IMG/VR virus record: IMGVR_UViG_3300035502_000737
Length of the DNA stretch: 64,000 nt
Source: a virus
Lineage: Duplodnaviria; Heunggongvirae; Uroviricota; Caudoviricetes
Reading direction: 5' to 3' (one strand)
Position numbers and translations under genes: made by a program. Under the pieces are notes generated by a model, which searched no databases, was not told the DNA's origin, and worked only from the letters and a program-made list of their open reading frames with translations. Positions 11,209-21,351 of the stretch are shown piece after piece. How positions within the stretch are numbered: position 1 is the first letter of the stretch; the number at the start of each line of letters is the position of its first letter.

Positions 11209-11976
11209 TTATAGTGTGATAACCCTTTGTTCCGTTTTCCCCCAATATGATACGTTGAATGTGACCTTGTCCTTTTCCACCTCAATCTCGCTTGCGGTTG
11301 GATTTACATCCCCATAATGTTCCTTGTTCAACGCTCCAAGGCAAGCCACATATGCGTCACAAGCGTCGAAATTCTCCTTCTTCAGCTCCCCTCCCTTGTC
11401 CAAAATCCAAGGTATGTCGGGAAACAGCTCGGCGACCTTTGCTTGAATCAGTGACTTCTTGTCAATGTCCCAAACGTATCCTCCGAACAATACGAAGTGG
11501 TTTCCCTTAACGGCGTTCACAATCTTCTCTTTGGAATATTGTTCCCCATCCTTTCCGAACTTCCTAATGGACATGAATTCGGGAAATGAGTACTTTCTCG
11601 CATCGTAGGATGATATGTAATCGGGAACGATTCCCAACACGTTATATACGGAGTCGGATACCATTCCGTTGAATTGGAGTAGTGTTCCTACCGTATTGAC
11701 GTTGTTGCTCCTCAGCAAGGGGCTTTCAATGACGACTCTCTTTATTCCCTTACCCTTCCAATTAATAAGGAACTCCTCGGTGAATATCTTTTTCTTAATA
11801 AACAAGGATTCCACTCCCTTTATCTTGCTTGAGACTTTTGGATTGACATGCGTCAGTTCCAATATCTTTCCATAAGGGGCGGTTGATTCATCATATTCCA
11901 TCAAGCATATTCCGATGCAAGTCGTGCTTATGTCAAGCCCCATGATGAGGTCCTTTTTGTCGGATGTGTCTTCCAT
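11209..11976 (-). CDS. RuvC-fold Holliday-junction resolvase-like protein
   Basis: N-terminal MGLDISTTCIGI resembles RuvC-I motif (GLDIG.....G) of RuvC/YqgF-fold nucleases. Confidence 0.45.
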   Translation of the reverse strand: MEDTSDKKDLIMGLDISTTCIGICLMEYDESTAPYGKILELTHVNPKVSSKIKGVESLFIKKKIFTEEFLINWKGKGIKRVVIESPLLRSNNVNTVGTLLQFNGMVSDSVYNVLGIVPDYISSYDARKYSFPEFMSIRKFGKDGEQYSKEKIVNAVKGNHFVLFGGYVWDIDKKSLIQAKVAELFPDIPWILDKGGELKKENFDACDAYVACLGALNKEHYGDVNPTASEIEVEKDKVTFNVSYWGKTEQRVITL

Positions 11977-11979
11977 TTG

Positions 11980-12356
11980 TAAAAATTTTTCGGCTATATA
12001 TTATATTATAATAATATTATATAATATTGCGTTAGCAAATAAACTAGCGTTAGCTATATTATTATATATAATATAAAATATTTTTTTTTATTTAAATTAA
12101 ACTACCGTAGGTTAGTTTAATAATATTAATTTTTAAATTTATTAATAATATATATTAATTATAATATTATATTAAATAATAAATTTAAAAATAAATTTTA
12201 ATTTAACTAACGTTAGTAAACTTAACAGACGTAACATTATATAAATATATTATATGATATAAAATAGGAATTTCAAGTTTTTCTCGCAATTTTTTTCATC
12301 ATAAAATTTGTTAAATCGAAAAAAGTTTTATATCTTTGCGAAAAGGAAGAGAGTAA
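11980..12356. other. extremely AT-rich (~90%) divergent intergenic region with short palindromes and direct repeats; candidate replication origin / divergent promoter hub
   Basis: gcgttagc x2 (12029-12054), palindromes ttaaacta..tagtttaa (12097-12120) and aactaacgttagt (12204-12216). Confidence 0.4.
12326..12340 (+). promoter_or_regulatory. -7 promoter element ttttatatctttgcg
   Basis: TAnnTTTG motif 17 nt upstream of ATG 12357. Confidence 0.45.
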
Positions 12357-12656
12357 ATGATTGACGAGAGTCTGTACAAGGAGATTGAGAAGTACTGCAA
12401 TTTGAATGAGATTCAAGATGTGGATGGCGAGATTAATTCCATGCTGAGAATCGGATTCAATGTATCAAGATACGGTACATCTCCCATGGATATAGCATGG
12501 AGACAGAAAGAGCAAAGACCGAGTGTAAGTTTATCGCAATTCACTGCGGAGGAAAGGGATGATGCCCCTCAAACCCAAGCGGTAGATACAAAGACAAACA
12601 GAGTTGTTAACCAACCTCAACATAAGAAAAAAATAAGGATAATAAAAGCCGATTAA
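12357..12656 (+). CDS. small hypothetical protein (99 aa)
   Basis: ORF following promoter motif. Confidence 0.35.
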   Translation: MIDESLYKEIEKYCNLNEIQDVDGEINSMLRIGFNVSRYGTSPMDIAWRQKEQRPSVSLSQFTAEERDDAPQTQAVDTKTNRVVNQPQHKKKIRIIKAD

Positions 12657-12676
12657 TTTAATACGAAAGGAAAAGC

Positions 12677-15067
12677 ATGTTAACAATAGGAAACAAAGCG
12701 AAGATGAAGGTTCATTGGAAGGTTTCTCCCTATGATTTCTCCCAAGACAAGATGAAGACAATTGTTGGAAAGATGAGTGCCAAGTACTCCATTCCGAAGG
12801 ACAATGTGAAGGTAATTCCCGATTTTGTCTTGCTAAACGAGAAGGGCGAGAATGTCTCAGTTTCCCATGATGTCATCAACAACATTCAGAATCCCGAATT
12901 CCAACTTTCCTTGTTCAAGGAGTTCTTGGAGGAGAACAAGGTTCAAGAGTATGATTTCGATTATATAAAGAGGATTGACGCTGAAATCAACAGCAAAATC
13001 AACTACGAGGTATATGACAAGTATAGAAGATATGCCATCAAGTGGATAAGGTGGAATAACTTCTTGTCATACGGGGAGGGGAATTACTTCGATTTCTCGG
13101 CGTTGAAGGGATTGGTGCTGTTGAATGGGGAGCCAGCCAACCAATCGGGAAAAACGACATTTGCAATTGACCTTATCCATTTCTTACTGTTTGGAAGGAC
13201 GGAAAAGTCAGCCACGCAAGACAAGATATTCAACAAGCACCTTCCCGAAGCTACGGAAGTCGTGGTGGAAGGATGCATTTCAGTGGACGGAGAGGATTAC
13301 ATTATCAAGAGACGTCTTACGCGACCTTCCTTGCTGAAGAGGAATGCAAGGAGCAAGACCGTTCAGAAGGTGGAATATTATAAGATGGTAGGGGATTCCA
13401 TGGAAGAGCTTTCAGATTATGTGGAAGACAAGCAAGAGGAGAACTCCGCACAGACTAACAAAGCCATCAAGGAGGTGATTGGAAACGAGGAGGATTTTGA
13501 CATGATTATCTGTACCACCTCTTCCAACCTTGATGACTTGATTGAGAAGAAGGAAACGGAGAGGGGAAGGTTGCTCAGCCGTTGGATTGGGCTTCTTCCC
13601 ATCGAACAGAAGGACTCCATAGCAAGGGATATGTTCAACTCATCTGTCAGAAAGGCTTTCAAGGGCAATATTTACGATTCTCAGACCCTACAAGACGAGA
13701 TTAAGGGGTTGAACGTATCAACTACCGTCTACAAGGGAGAAATCGCGAAATACGCCTCGGAAATCGATAAATTGGATAGGGAATACACTTCCCTTGAGGA
13801 GGAGAAGAGCAATCTGCTCCTTGCCAAATCGAAAATTGACGAAGACGTGCTGAAGATTGACATCCATACCTTGCAGCAGAAGATTGAGACATGCAAGGAC
13901 AGAGGAATCAAGAAGGCGCAAGAAAAGGCTGAGTTGGAGGAGAGATTGAAACAGCTTTCGGACATTGACTTCTCCATTACGGAATACAATAAGTTGGTGG
14001 ACTTGAAATCAAGCATAACCGTTGAACTGAACAACTTGAGGCATCAGTTTTATGTAAACAAGGAGCAGATTTCATCCTTGAAGAACGGTGAGTACTGCCC
14101 CACATGCGGAAGGAAGTACGACAACATTGACAATTCCTCTAAGATAAAGGAGTTCGAGGACAAGAACAAGGAGCTTTCTATTAAGGGTACGGAACTATCA
14201 GAACAGTTGAAATTGATTTCAGCCAATGTGGAGAAAATGAGCTCTGATTCCGAAAAATACAAGGAAAAAAGCAAGTTGGAAGCCATGATTCCAAGCCTTT
14301 CTGTCACCATATCCAACTTGAGGAACGAGTATAGGGAACTGAGCCAAATGCTCACGGATTACAATTCAAACAAGGAAGCGATTGACCGAAACAACAAGCT
14401 TGACATCAGCATCAACAACATCAAGGTGAAGATTCAGAACAACCGAAACACCAAGGACACGGACTTGAACTTCATCAACACCAACAAGGCGAGAATCGAG
14501 GAGAATGAGAAGAACGTCAAGCTACGAGAAAATCTCATCGATGAAATCAAGAATGAACAGATGGTGGAGAAGAATTGGAAAATCTACCTTGACATGGTTG
14601 GGAAGAACGGCATTTCAAAGATGGTGCTTAGGAAGACACTTCCCATAATCAACGCTCAGATTGCAAGACTGCTCAACGGGGTATGTGACTTTGACGTGGT
14701 AATTGAGATAACGGAAAGGAACGACGTGATGTTCTACCTCATCAAGGACGGAGTGAAGTCCGACCTTACAAGCGGAAGCGGATTCGAAAAAACTGCTGCC
14801 GCGCTTGCCATCCGTTCAGTGCTCGGAAACATCTCCACGCTTCCGAAGAGCAATATCTTCGTGGTGGACGAAATCTTGGGAAGGGTGGCCAAGGAGAATT
14901 TCGAGAACATGAGGACACTGTATGAGAAGATTCTAGAGAACTTCGATGCGGTCATCCAAATCTCACACCTTGAGGAAATCAAGGATTGGCATTCCACCAT
15001 CATCACGGTGAAGAAGGAGAACGATGTCTCCAAAATAGTAGTTTCAAAGGAGACAATGCTACAATAA
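12677..15067 (+). CDS. SbcC/Rad50-like SMC-type ATPase
   Basis: Walker A NGEPANQSGKTT, long coiled coil, zinc-hook CPTCGRKY at mid-coil, Walker B/D-loop FVVDEILG near C-term. Confidence 0.7.
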   Translation: MLTIGNKAKMKVHWKVSPYDFSQDKMKTIVGKMSAKYSIPKDNVKVIPDFVLLNEKGENVSVSHDVINNIQNPEFQLSLFKEFLEENKVQEYDFDYIKRIDAEINSKINYEVYDKYRRYAIKWIRWNNFLSYGEGNYFDFSALKGLVLLNGEPANQSGKTTFAIDLIHFLLFGRTEKSATQDKIFNKHLPEATEVVVEGCISVDGEDYIIKRRLTRPSLLKRNARSKTVQKVEYYKMVGDSMEELSDYVEDKQEENSAQTNKAIKEVIGNEEDFDMIICTTSSNLDDLIEKKETERGRLLSRWIGLLPIEQKDSIARDMFNSSVRKAFKGNIYDSQTLQDEIKGLNVSTTVYKGEIAKYASEIDKLDREYTSLEEEKSNLLLAKSKIDEDVLKIDIHTLQQKIETCKDRGIKKAQEKAELEERLKQLSDIDFSITEYNKLVDLKSSITVELNNLRHQFYVNKEQISSLKNGEYCPTCGRKYDNIDNSSKIKEFEDKNKELSIKGTELSEQLKLISANVEKMSSDSEKYKEKSKLEAMIPSLSVTISNLRNEYRELSQMLTDYNSNKEAIDRNNKLDISINNIKVKIQNNRNTKDTDLNFINTNKARIEENEKNVKLRENLIDEIKNEQMVEKNWKIYLDMVGKNGISKMVLRKTLPIINAQIARLLNGVCDFDVVIEITERNDVMFYLIKDGVKSDLTSGSGFEKTAAALAIRSVLGNISTLPKSNIFVVDEILGRVAKENFENMRTLYEKILENFDAVIQISHLEEIKDWHSTIITVKKENDVSKIVVSKETMLQ

Positions 15068-15108
15068 AGAACAAAACATACATTACCTATTCCAACACGA
15101 CCATTATA

Positions 15109-15876
15109 ATGGAAAATTATAGTGAACAAGGCGGAAACAGAACCGCCTTACAGACATATTACGGAACGATTGTGAAATACAATCCGCTCCCAAAGAAGAG
15201 GGAATTGGAGCTTCTCAAGATTGCCAAGACCGACCAAAATGCCAAGGACTTGATTATTCTGTCCAACTTGAAGTTCGTCCTCAGTGTAGCCAAAAAGTAC
15301 AAGGATTACGGATACCCCATGGAAGACCTCATTTCCGAGGGTAATTACGGCTTGATTCTCGCCATCGACAAGTTCGACGAGAAGAAGAACGTAAGGTTTA
15401 TCACATTTGCCATGTATTGGATTCGATTCGCAATACAGAGATATATTTCAAAGGAGGGAATTGAACGTCGAAGAGAGGCCGAAAATCATCATTCTCCATC
15501 CTATCATGAATTGAATGGAGAAACAGACACGGAAGATGAGTATGAACGTTATGGCTACATTGACGAAGAGGAATACGATGACATTGAAATGGGAAATACC
15601 GATGAGGAAGATGACAACTTATTCGCCAAAATATCAGCCATTCAGAAGAAAATCTTGCTTTCCTTGATAGGAAAGCTGTCAGAAAAGGAACGCTCTGTGT
15701 TACTTTCTTACTTCGGTGTGGGAGAAAACGGAAAGGAGAACCTATTGGATATCGGCTCCAAACTCGGAATCTCTAAAGAAAGAGCGAGGCAGCTCAAGGA
15801 CCAAGCGCTTAGCAAGCTGAGAATAGAAGTGATGAAGAACAAACATTTTTCATCCTTCTTTGAACCGAAATATTAA
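15109..15876 (+). CDS. sigma-70 family RNA polymerase sigma factor (phage-encoded); start chosen at ATG 15109 rather than overlapping ORF-track start 14986
   Basis: region 2 LISEGNYGLILAIDKFDEKKNVRFITFAMYWIRFAIQRYI; region 4 HTH LLDIGSKLGISKERARQLKDQALSKLR. Confidence 0.75.
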   Translation: MENYSEQGGNRTALQTYYGTIVKYNPLPKKRELELLKIAKTDQNAKDLIILSNLKFVLSVAKKYKDYGYPMEDLISEGNYGLILAIDKFDEKKNVRFITFAMYWIRFAIQRYISKEGIERRREAENHHSPSYHELNGETDTEDEYERYGYIDEEEYDDIEMGNTDEEDDNLFAKISAIQKKILLSLIGKLSEKERSVLLSYFGVGENGKENLLDIGSKLGISKERARQLKDQALSKLRIEVMKNKHFSSFFEPKY

Positions 15877-15911
15877 AAGCAAGATATTTATAACCAAATA
15901 CATTCTGAGAA

Positions 15912-16196
15912 ATGGCAAAAAGAAAAAATAACCAAGAGGAAGAAACCAAGATGGAAGTCGTAGAACTTAATAATACAGTGGAGGCGGTAGTGGAAGAATC
16001 CGTCAAAGAGGCAGTTGATGTGAAGGATGAACCCGTGGAAGAGGAACTTGTGGACACCGTTGACGAACAGCCCAAGGAAGAGGTAAAGGAAGCTCCCAAG
16101 GCAAAGAAGGGACAGCCTAAGAAAACCGTTGAGCCAAAGAAGCTTGTGAACCATACATACGGATACTCTTGGAACGGACAAGAGTTCGTCATCTAA
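15912..16196 (+). CDS. small highly acidic protein with basic tail (94 aa)
   Basis: E/D/V-rich N-terminal two thirds, KAKKGQPKK tail; immediately downstream of sigma factor. Confidence 0.4.
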   Translation: MAKRKNNQEEETKMEVVELNNTVEAVVEESVKEAVDVKDEPVEEELVDTVDEQPKEEVKEAPKAKKGQPKKTVEPKKLVNHTYGYSWNGQEFVI

Positions 16197-16222
16197 CAAC
16201 CAATCAGAAAGAAAGGAAATAT

Positions 16223-16726
16223 ATGCAGATGAAGGAAGATTTGGTCACAAGAAGAATCCTTGAGAGGACAAGGGAACTGAGGGAAGAGAAAGAGCGTAGG
16301 ACGGATAAGAAACCTCTTAACGAAGGAGTCTCTTCCGCCATGCAAGACTTGGACGGAAAGAAAAGCTTCGTCATCAAGAAGAACGACTCGAAGTTCGCCG
16401 ACGTAAGGCAGACGCAAGAAAGCTCTATCGTGAAGACTGTGGGGGAGGGAGTGGAGTTCGATGAAAACGCGTTGGTATATTACCCAGAAAACAAGGACTT
16501 GGTGCTGACGGGGAAAGTCGGTTCCCTCAACCTCGTATTCCAATTCCGATACAATGACCCAAGCGGTGATGGATGTTACATTTGGGCTTCCGCCTTGCAA
16601 CTGACGGAGACGAATAACAGAACCCTAGGAAAGGTGCGTGACGCATTCCTCAATTGGAAGAATGCGCTCATCCAAGACGGGGACCTCATGTCCATGATGC
16701 AGCGAGAGAGCTCGGAGAACAGATAA
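16223..16726 (+). CDS. hypothetical protein
   Basis: ORF-track 16169-16726; internal ATG 16223 avoids overlap. Confidence 0.4.
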   Translation: MQMKEDLVTRRILERTRELREEKERRTDKKPLNEGVSSAMQDLDGKKSFVIKKNDSKFADVRQTQESSIVKTVGEGVEFDENALVYYPENKDLVLTGKVGSLNLVFQFRYNDPSGDGCYIWASALQLTETNNRTLGKVRDAFLNWKNALIQDGDLMSMMQRESSENR

Positions 16727-16766
16727 CAATCGAAATTATATTCATTCACAGCAATTTAACAACATC

Positions 16767-16812
16767 CTCCCATGGCTTTGAAAATTATTTAAGGCTGTGG
16801 GAGTCTTTTTGT
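16767..16812 (+). terminator. possible terminator hairpin (ctccca...tgggag) + T-run
   Basis: 6-bp stem with long loop then tcttttt. Confidence 0.3.
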
Positions 16813-16862
16813 TTGCTCCGTACTATTTATAATTATACTTTAATTAAAGACGAAAATATTCA

Positions 16863-17072
16863 ATGGCAAGGAATCTGAACCTATACAGAATAATCAACGA
16901 GGAACTCACGAAGAACGAGGTAGCCTCTCTGATAAACTCAAAGATTGACTCCAACTTGGATTCCAAGGAATTCGAGAAGAGGGTCAAGGAGATTTCGGCT
17001 TCTGTGATTGAAGAGCTGTTCAAGACGCTTTACCAAAGGGACTCCTTGTGGAAGAGCGCCATCAAGCGGTAA
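16863..17072 (+). CDS. small hypothetical protein (69 aa)
   Basis: ORF. Confidence 0.3.
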   Translation: MARNLNLYRIINEELTKNEVASLINSKIDSNLDSKEFEKRVKEISASVIEELFKTLYQRDSLWKSAIKR

Positions 17073-17091
17073 TTTTTGGAGGGATTTGAAG

Positions 17092-17664
17092 GTGAAAAAG
17101 ATATACATCAACGAAAACCAAGCGAAGTCGCTCATGAACTTCGTGAGGGAAGGGAAGGAAGAGGTCACGTTCAACGAGTTCGTGGTAAGCGTCAAGCAGT
17201 TCTTGAAGGACTTGCTCCACAAGCCGAAGGAAGCCAAGCCTTCCGAACTGTTCTCCAACAACGGGATAGGAAAGAACGAGCTCATTTCCAAGATGAAGGA
17301 ATTGGGACTTGTAAAAAGTTCCGAGAGAATCGACGAGATACCCATCGAGGAGGGAGGCAAGAAGGTGGCCAAGCGGTTTGTCACCTACAAGATTCCAAAG
17401 GCACGCTTCAAGGACAAGGTAAAACAGCTATACCGTGACATCTTCGTGGAAGGGAACGAGCCGCAGATGGTTATAGAGGACGGAGAAGGCGGAGGTGGAG
17501 CCACATCGTGCGGAAGCGTGATGCAAGGCGGAGGAAGCAACCCTTACGCTGGCCAATACGACGCCCCCTTCGGACAGCTACAACGCCGAAAGTTCTACTC
17601 CGATACTCTTAAACGAAACAAGGACGAGAAGAACGGTTCCATCTCCATGAACCGAATGAAGTGA
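17092..17664 (+). CDS. hypothetical protein (possible GTG start at 17092 in frame of ORF 17008-17664)
   Basis: ORF-track protein; G-rich linker GGGGATSCGSVMQGGGSNPY. Confidence 0.35.
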   Translation: MKKIYINENQAKSLMNFVREGKEEVTFNEFVVSVKQFLKDLLHKPKEAKPSELFSNNGIGKNELISKMKELGLVKSSERIDEIPIEEGGKKVAKRFVTYKIPKARFKDKVKQLYRDIFVEGNEPQMVIEDGEGGGGATSCGSVMQGGGSNPYAGQYDAPFGQLQRRKFYSDTLKRNKDEKNGSISMNRMK

Positions 17665-17913
17665 CAAATACACATTGATTATGCCATACCAAGCGGAAAC
17701 GGAATCGGAAATACTCGGAGACTTGTACAAGGCCAACGAGAGGTTGGAAAATGAACTGAGCAAGGAAGACGATGTTGACAAGGAAAAGCTCATGAAGCTA
17801 TACTTCGCACAACTTGACAAGGGACTGAAACTCCAACTGTTGGGTTATCCCATCGTTCGGTGAAAAAAAAAACAACTAAAAAAAAGAAATACCTAATTTT
17901 CATATATACCAAG

Positions 17914-18711
17914 ATGAAAACAAGACAATACACAGTGCGCGAATTGAAAAACATTGTCAAGGAAAGTGCGCAAGAGTTCAAGCCGAAGTTCGGTACGAAT
18001 GTGCAAGATGACAACAAGAAAATCAACGACAAGGCGTACAAGGAAATGGCCCAAGCCACCAAGGACTACGATGGCGGAGCGAGGAATGAGTCCAAGAAGA
18101 AGCCCGTCACTCCCAAGGACGACAACCGTGGGATGGAGAACTTGGAATACAACAACATGACTGACGAGTTCAAGAACAAGGTCAATTCGCAGATGAAGGG
18201 ATATACCTCTTCCGACGCAGAGAAGGCGCACAAGAACGACCCATACGGGAATGCAGAGTTCAACGGAATCGAAGGGCTTGACGACAAGGCCAAGGAAATC
18301 AAGAAGGGACGTGATGTCGCCAAGGAAATCGGTCTTACAAGCAGAGAAATTGACAAGAAGGACTTTGAAAACCAAAAGAAGACTGTCTACCACGAGGGAA
18401 AGATGCCGAGGCTGAAGGTCAAGAGCACGGCGTTCGTATCCGAGGGGCACATGCTTTCAAAAGTTCCCGACGACTACAAGGTGGACGGGAAGAAATTCTC
18501 CTTCCGAGACAAGAACGACGACGAGTACATCGTGGAATGGAGTGAAAAACCGAAAGTGACCCATGTCACCAAAATCAACGAGCAGAAGAATCGAATCATG
18601 GAACTCTTCAACTACAAGAGAAAGGATTCCAACACGACTCTCAGCGGAAGGCTAACGGAGGACAAGAAGGTGGAGGACATGATGGACAAGGCTCGGAAGC
18701 TCATGAAGTGA
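17914..18711 (+). CDS. hypothetical basic protein, paralog family with 10189/10787
   Basis: YTVRELKNIVKESAQEF N-terminus; K/D-rich. Confidence 0.45.
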   Translation: MKTRQYTVRELKNIVKESAQEFKPKFGTNVQDDNKKINDKAYKEMAQATKDYDGGARNESKKKPVTPKDDNRGMENLEYNNMTDEFKNKVNSQMKGYTSSDAEKAHKNDPYGNAEFNGIEGLDDKAKEIKKGRDVAKEIGLTSREIDKKDFENQKKTVYHEGKMPRLKVKSTAFVSEGHMLSKVPDDYKVDGKKFSFRDKNDDEYIVEWSEKPKVTHVTKINEQKNRIMELFNYKRKDSNTTLSGRLTEDKKVEDMMDKARKLMK

Positions 18712-18748
18712 CACATCGGCTAATCCTTTGGCCGACACTCTCTTTTTT
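18712..18748 (+). terminator. hairpin tcggc..gccga + ctctctttttt
   Basis: inverted repeat then T-run. Confidence 0.5.
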
Positions 18749-18786
18749 AAGATTTTAACCAAACCTACATAAACCTTAATTGACAA

Positions 18787-19575
18787 GTGGCACTCGATTT
18801 AGAAAATACAAAGGAGCTTGTTGAATCTCAAGTGGAATCCAACAACGGGAATGTCTGTCACCATGCCGACAATAAAAAGATTGTCTTCGTGGAGGACGGA
18901 GCGAAAGCCGTCGGATGGCTCGAAAGGGTCGTCTCTATGGTACATGACTACGGGATGAAGACCATCATCCTTGCGCTCTTCGTTGTGGCTGCGTTCATCG
19001 GCATGCTAATGTTCGCAAACGCCCTCAACAACCAACAAGTCATCGAGAAATGGCTCATAAAGTCAGAGAGCGAAAGCAAGATAGGAGCGGAAATACGAAA
19101 AACGGTGAACCCGAAAATCACCAAGTCCATGCTCAAGCTGATGTATAAGACAGACGCGGATAGGGTGTGCGTCTTCGAGATGCATAACGGAAAGGACAAT
19201 CCAACCTCATTACCCTTCATCTACTGCGACATGACCTACGAGGAGACCAAGGAGGATGTGGAGTACATCTCCGACGAGTATGAGAACTTGAACATGTCCA
19301 AGTACAGCCTACCAAGCTACATCTACGAGAACCGATATTTCATCGGCTCCGTCAAGGAACTTGAGGGTATCGACAAGAAAATCGCAAGGAGACTTGAGGA
19401 TGACAACGTACAGTATCTCGCAGCCATCATCATACACTCAAAGGTGGACATCGGGTTCCTAATGCTGCTTTATGACAATGAGCAAGACGGAAATGACGAA
19501 ATCCTAAAGCAACTTAGCTATTACGTGCAAGAGATTAGCCTATACCTTGACTACAAGAGCCAAGTCAAGGATTAG
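18787..19575 (+). CDS. membrane protein (single N-terminal TM)
   Basis: hydrophobic segment MKTIILALFVVAAFIGMLMFANAL. Confidence 0.45.
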   Translation: MALDLENTKELVESQVESNNGNVCHHADNKKIVFVEDGAKAVGWLERVVSMVHDYGMKTIILALFVVAAFIGMLMFANALNNQQVIEKWLIKSESESKIGAEIRKTVNPKITKSMLKLMYKTDADRVCVFEMHNGKDNPTSLPFIYCDMTYEETKEDVEYISDEYENLNMSKYSLPSYIYENRYFIGSVKELEGIDKKIARRLEDDNVQYLAAIIIHSKVDIGFLMLLYDNEQDGNDEILKQLSYYVQEISLYLDYKSQVKD

Positions 19576-19620
19576 GCAATAACCCCCTAAACCCTATTAA
19601 TAGTAACGAAGAAAGAGAAG

Positions 19621-20271
19621 ATGGTGAAGATTGATAAACATGTGGTGATTTATAGCGTGCTGTTTGCGATAATCGCATTCTTGTCATTGCAATTCTATTT
19701 TATCAATAACAAGATGAAGTCTGACCTAGTAAGGATTCAGACGGTTGCCTCCGATGGCCTTTCCACGTCCATCTACTACGACCAAACGATAGCCTCACTC
19801 AAGAAGGAGAACAAGGAACTATACGATTCCATCAAGTCCTTCAAGTCGGAGATAGACTATCTTGTGCAGTTCAAGTACAAGAAACGCTACAAGACGGACA
19901 CCGTGTTCATCGACACCGCAAGGGTCAAGGACACCACCGTCTATGAGTACAAGAACTCGGATAACGACTCGATTAACTACCGCCTTGAGATTGCGAGCAG
20001 AGAGGAACCGTCGTGGTACAAGCTCGACTTGGAGGTGTCTGACAAGTTCACCATCGTCAATAAGAGGGACGACGGAATCAACATCACCGACATCAAGTCT
20101 GACAACGGAGGGGAATTCTCAAGCATAGTGACCGTCAAGAAAAAGAGTTCTTGGAAAGAGAATTTCTCGTTCGGGCCTTCTGTCAACGTGGGATACGACC
20201 CTCTGAACAAGAACATGGGCGTTATGGTGGGCTTCGGACTTTCCTACAAGATTCCGCTCTCTAGGAAGTGA
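19621..20271 (+). CDS. membrane-anchored hypothetical protein
   Basis: N-terminal TM VVIYSVLFAIIAFLSLQFYFI. Confidence 0.45.
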   Translation: MVKIDKHVVIYSVLFAIIAFLSLQFYFINNKMKSDLVRIQTVASDGLSTSIYYDQTIASLKKENKELYDSIKSFKSEIDYLVQFKYKKRYKTDTVFIDTARVKDTTVYEYKNSDNDSINYRLEIASREEPSWYKLDLEVSDKFTIVNKRDDGINITDIKSDNGGEFSSIVTVKKKSSWKENFSFGPSVNVGYDPLNKNMGVMVGFGLSYKIPLSRK

Positions 20272-20392
20272 ATCGACAATTAGCTATCATTTCAGAACAT
20301 ATTTTTTTGCATTTTCTTTCTTTTCAGCCGTGATTTCACTTGATTTCACGGCTGCTTTCACTATATTGCAGTAAAAGAAATTATTTTACCAC

Positions 20393-20599
20393 ATGACAAT
20401 CGCACTGCTCATCGATATAATCGTATTTGTGAAGGTGTTCCTCATCTTCATGTGCTCGCTCAACGTCATCAAGAACGTATACAACCTATCCAAGGTACTC
20501 TACGAAAAGAGCGGAAAGTTCGAGCTGAAAGGAAACAGCCAACTCCTATTGGCAATGTCTATATCCTACTTACTCTCCATCATCGTTATGGGAATCTGA
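20393..20599 (+). CDS. small two-TM membrane protein (holin-like candidate)
   Basis: 68 aa, two hydrophobic helices; no adjacent recognisable endolysin. Confidence 0.3.
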   Translation: MTIALLIDIIVFVKVFLIFMCSLNVIKNVYNLSKVLYEKSGKFELKGNSQLLLAMSISYLLSIIVMGI

Positions 20600-20645
20600 A
20601 TGGATTGACAAAACAAAACAAAAAAATTATATATTCAGAAACAAA

Positions 20646-21317
20646 ATGATACAAGAAAGAATCATGAAGAACATGCAGTACTTCCTCGGCATCGACGTGG
20701 TGAACGACTACATGATTCTCAAGGTGAAATTCCCCAACACATGGGGAGTGTTCGAATCCAAGGAACCCGATATCAACGTCACCAAGGAAGACGGCACACA
20801 AGGAAACTACTCTTCATACTATTACTACGGAAAGGTGAATGAAGTGACCGTGGACGACCTCTTCGACCTCTTCGAGAACACTGTAGAGATGAACCTCAAC
20901 GCTGAGAAGAAGGTGGAAATATTCAACAAGAAATTCGACGAGCTCAAGGATTTATTCTCCAAGAATAACGACATTTGGAGCCTTGAACACCTACAGTTCG
21001 AATTCCCACAATTGCCCTCTGAATCGGAATATGGAAAGAAGGGAAAGAAGACAACAAAACGCAAGTACACCAAGAAAAAGGACAAACAAACGCAACAATC
21101 CGTCGTGAAGAATGAAAATAACGTCCAAAAGCCATCCGAACTCTTCTTCGGCGGATGCCAACAGTCCGACACGAGAAAACCCGTAGAGACGGAAGTGACC
21201 GTCCTACCATTGGAGCCAAAGACCCCCGTGGAAAAGGCAAAGGACGATTGGAAGAAAAAGATGATGGCGGACAAGGAGGCGGAGGAGCAAGAATACCTCA
21301 AAGAGGAGCAAGAATAG
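20646..21317 (+). CDS. hypothetical protein with K/E-rich C-terminus
   Basis: ORF. Confidence 0.45.
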   Translation: MIQERIMKNMQYFLGIDVVNDYMILKVKFPNTWGVFESKEPDINVTKEDGTQGNYSSYYYYGKVNEVTVDDLFDLFENTVEMNLNAEKKVEIFNKKFDELKDLFSKNNDIWSLEHLQFEFPQLPSESEYGKKGKKTTKRKYTKKKDKQTQQSVVKNENNVQKPSELFFGGCQQSDTRKPVETEVTVLPLEPKTPVEKAKDDWKKKMMADKEAEEQEYLKEEQE

Positions 21318-21351
21318 CCAAGAAAAAACGAATGACAAATATACATACATT

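Noticed and set aside
14986-15108. ORF-track start of sigma factor overlapping the SbcC 3' end
   Set aside because: The 80-nt overlap in a different frame is unlikely. ATG 15109 follows the SbcC stop and precedes sigma region 2 comfortably.
20325-20353. 9-bp perfect inverted repeat cagccgtga/tcacggctg as terminator
   Set aside because: No U-tract follows on either strand. Kept only as a possible regulatory palindrome upstream of 20393.
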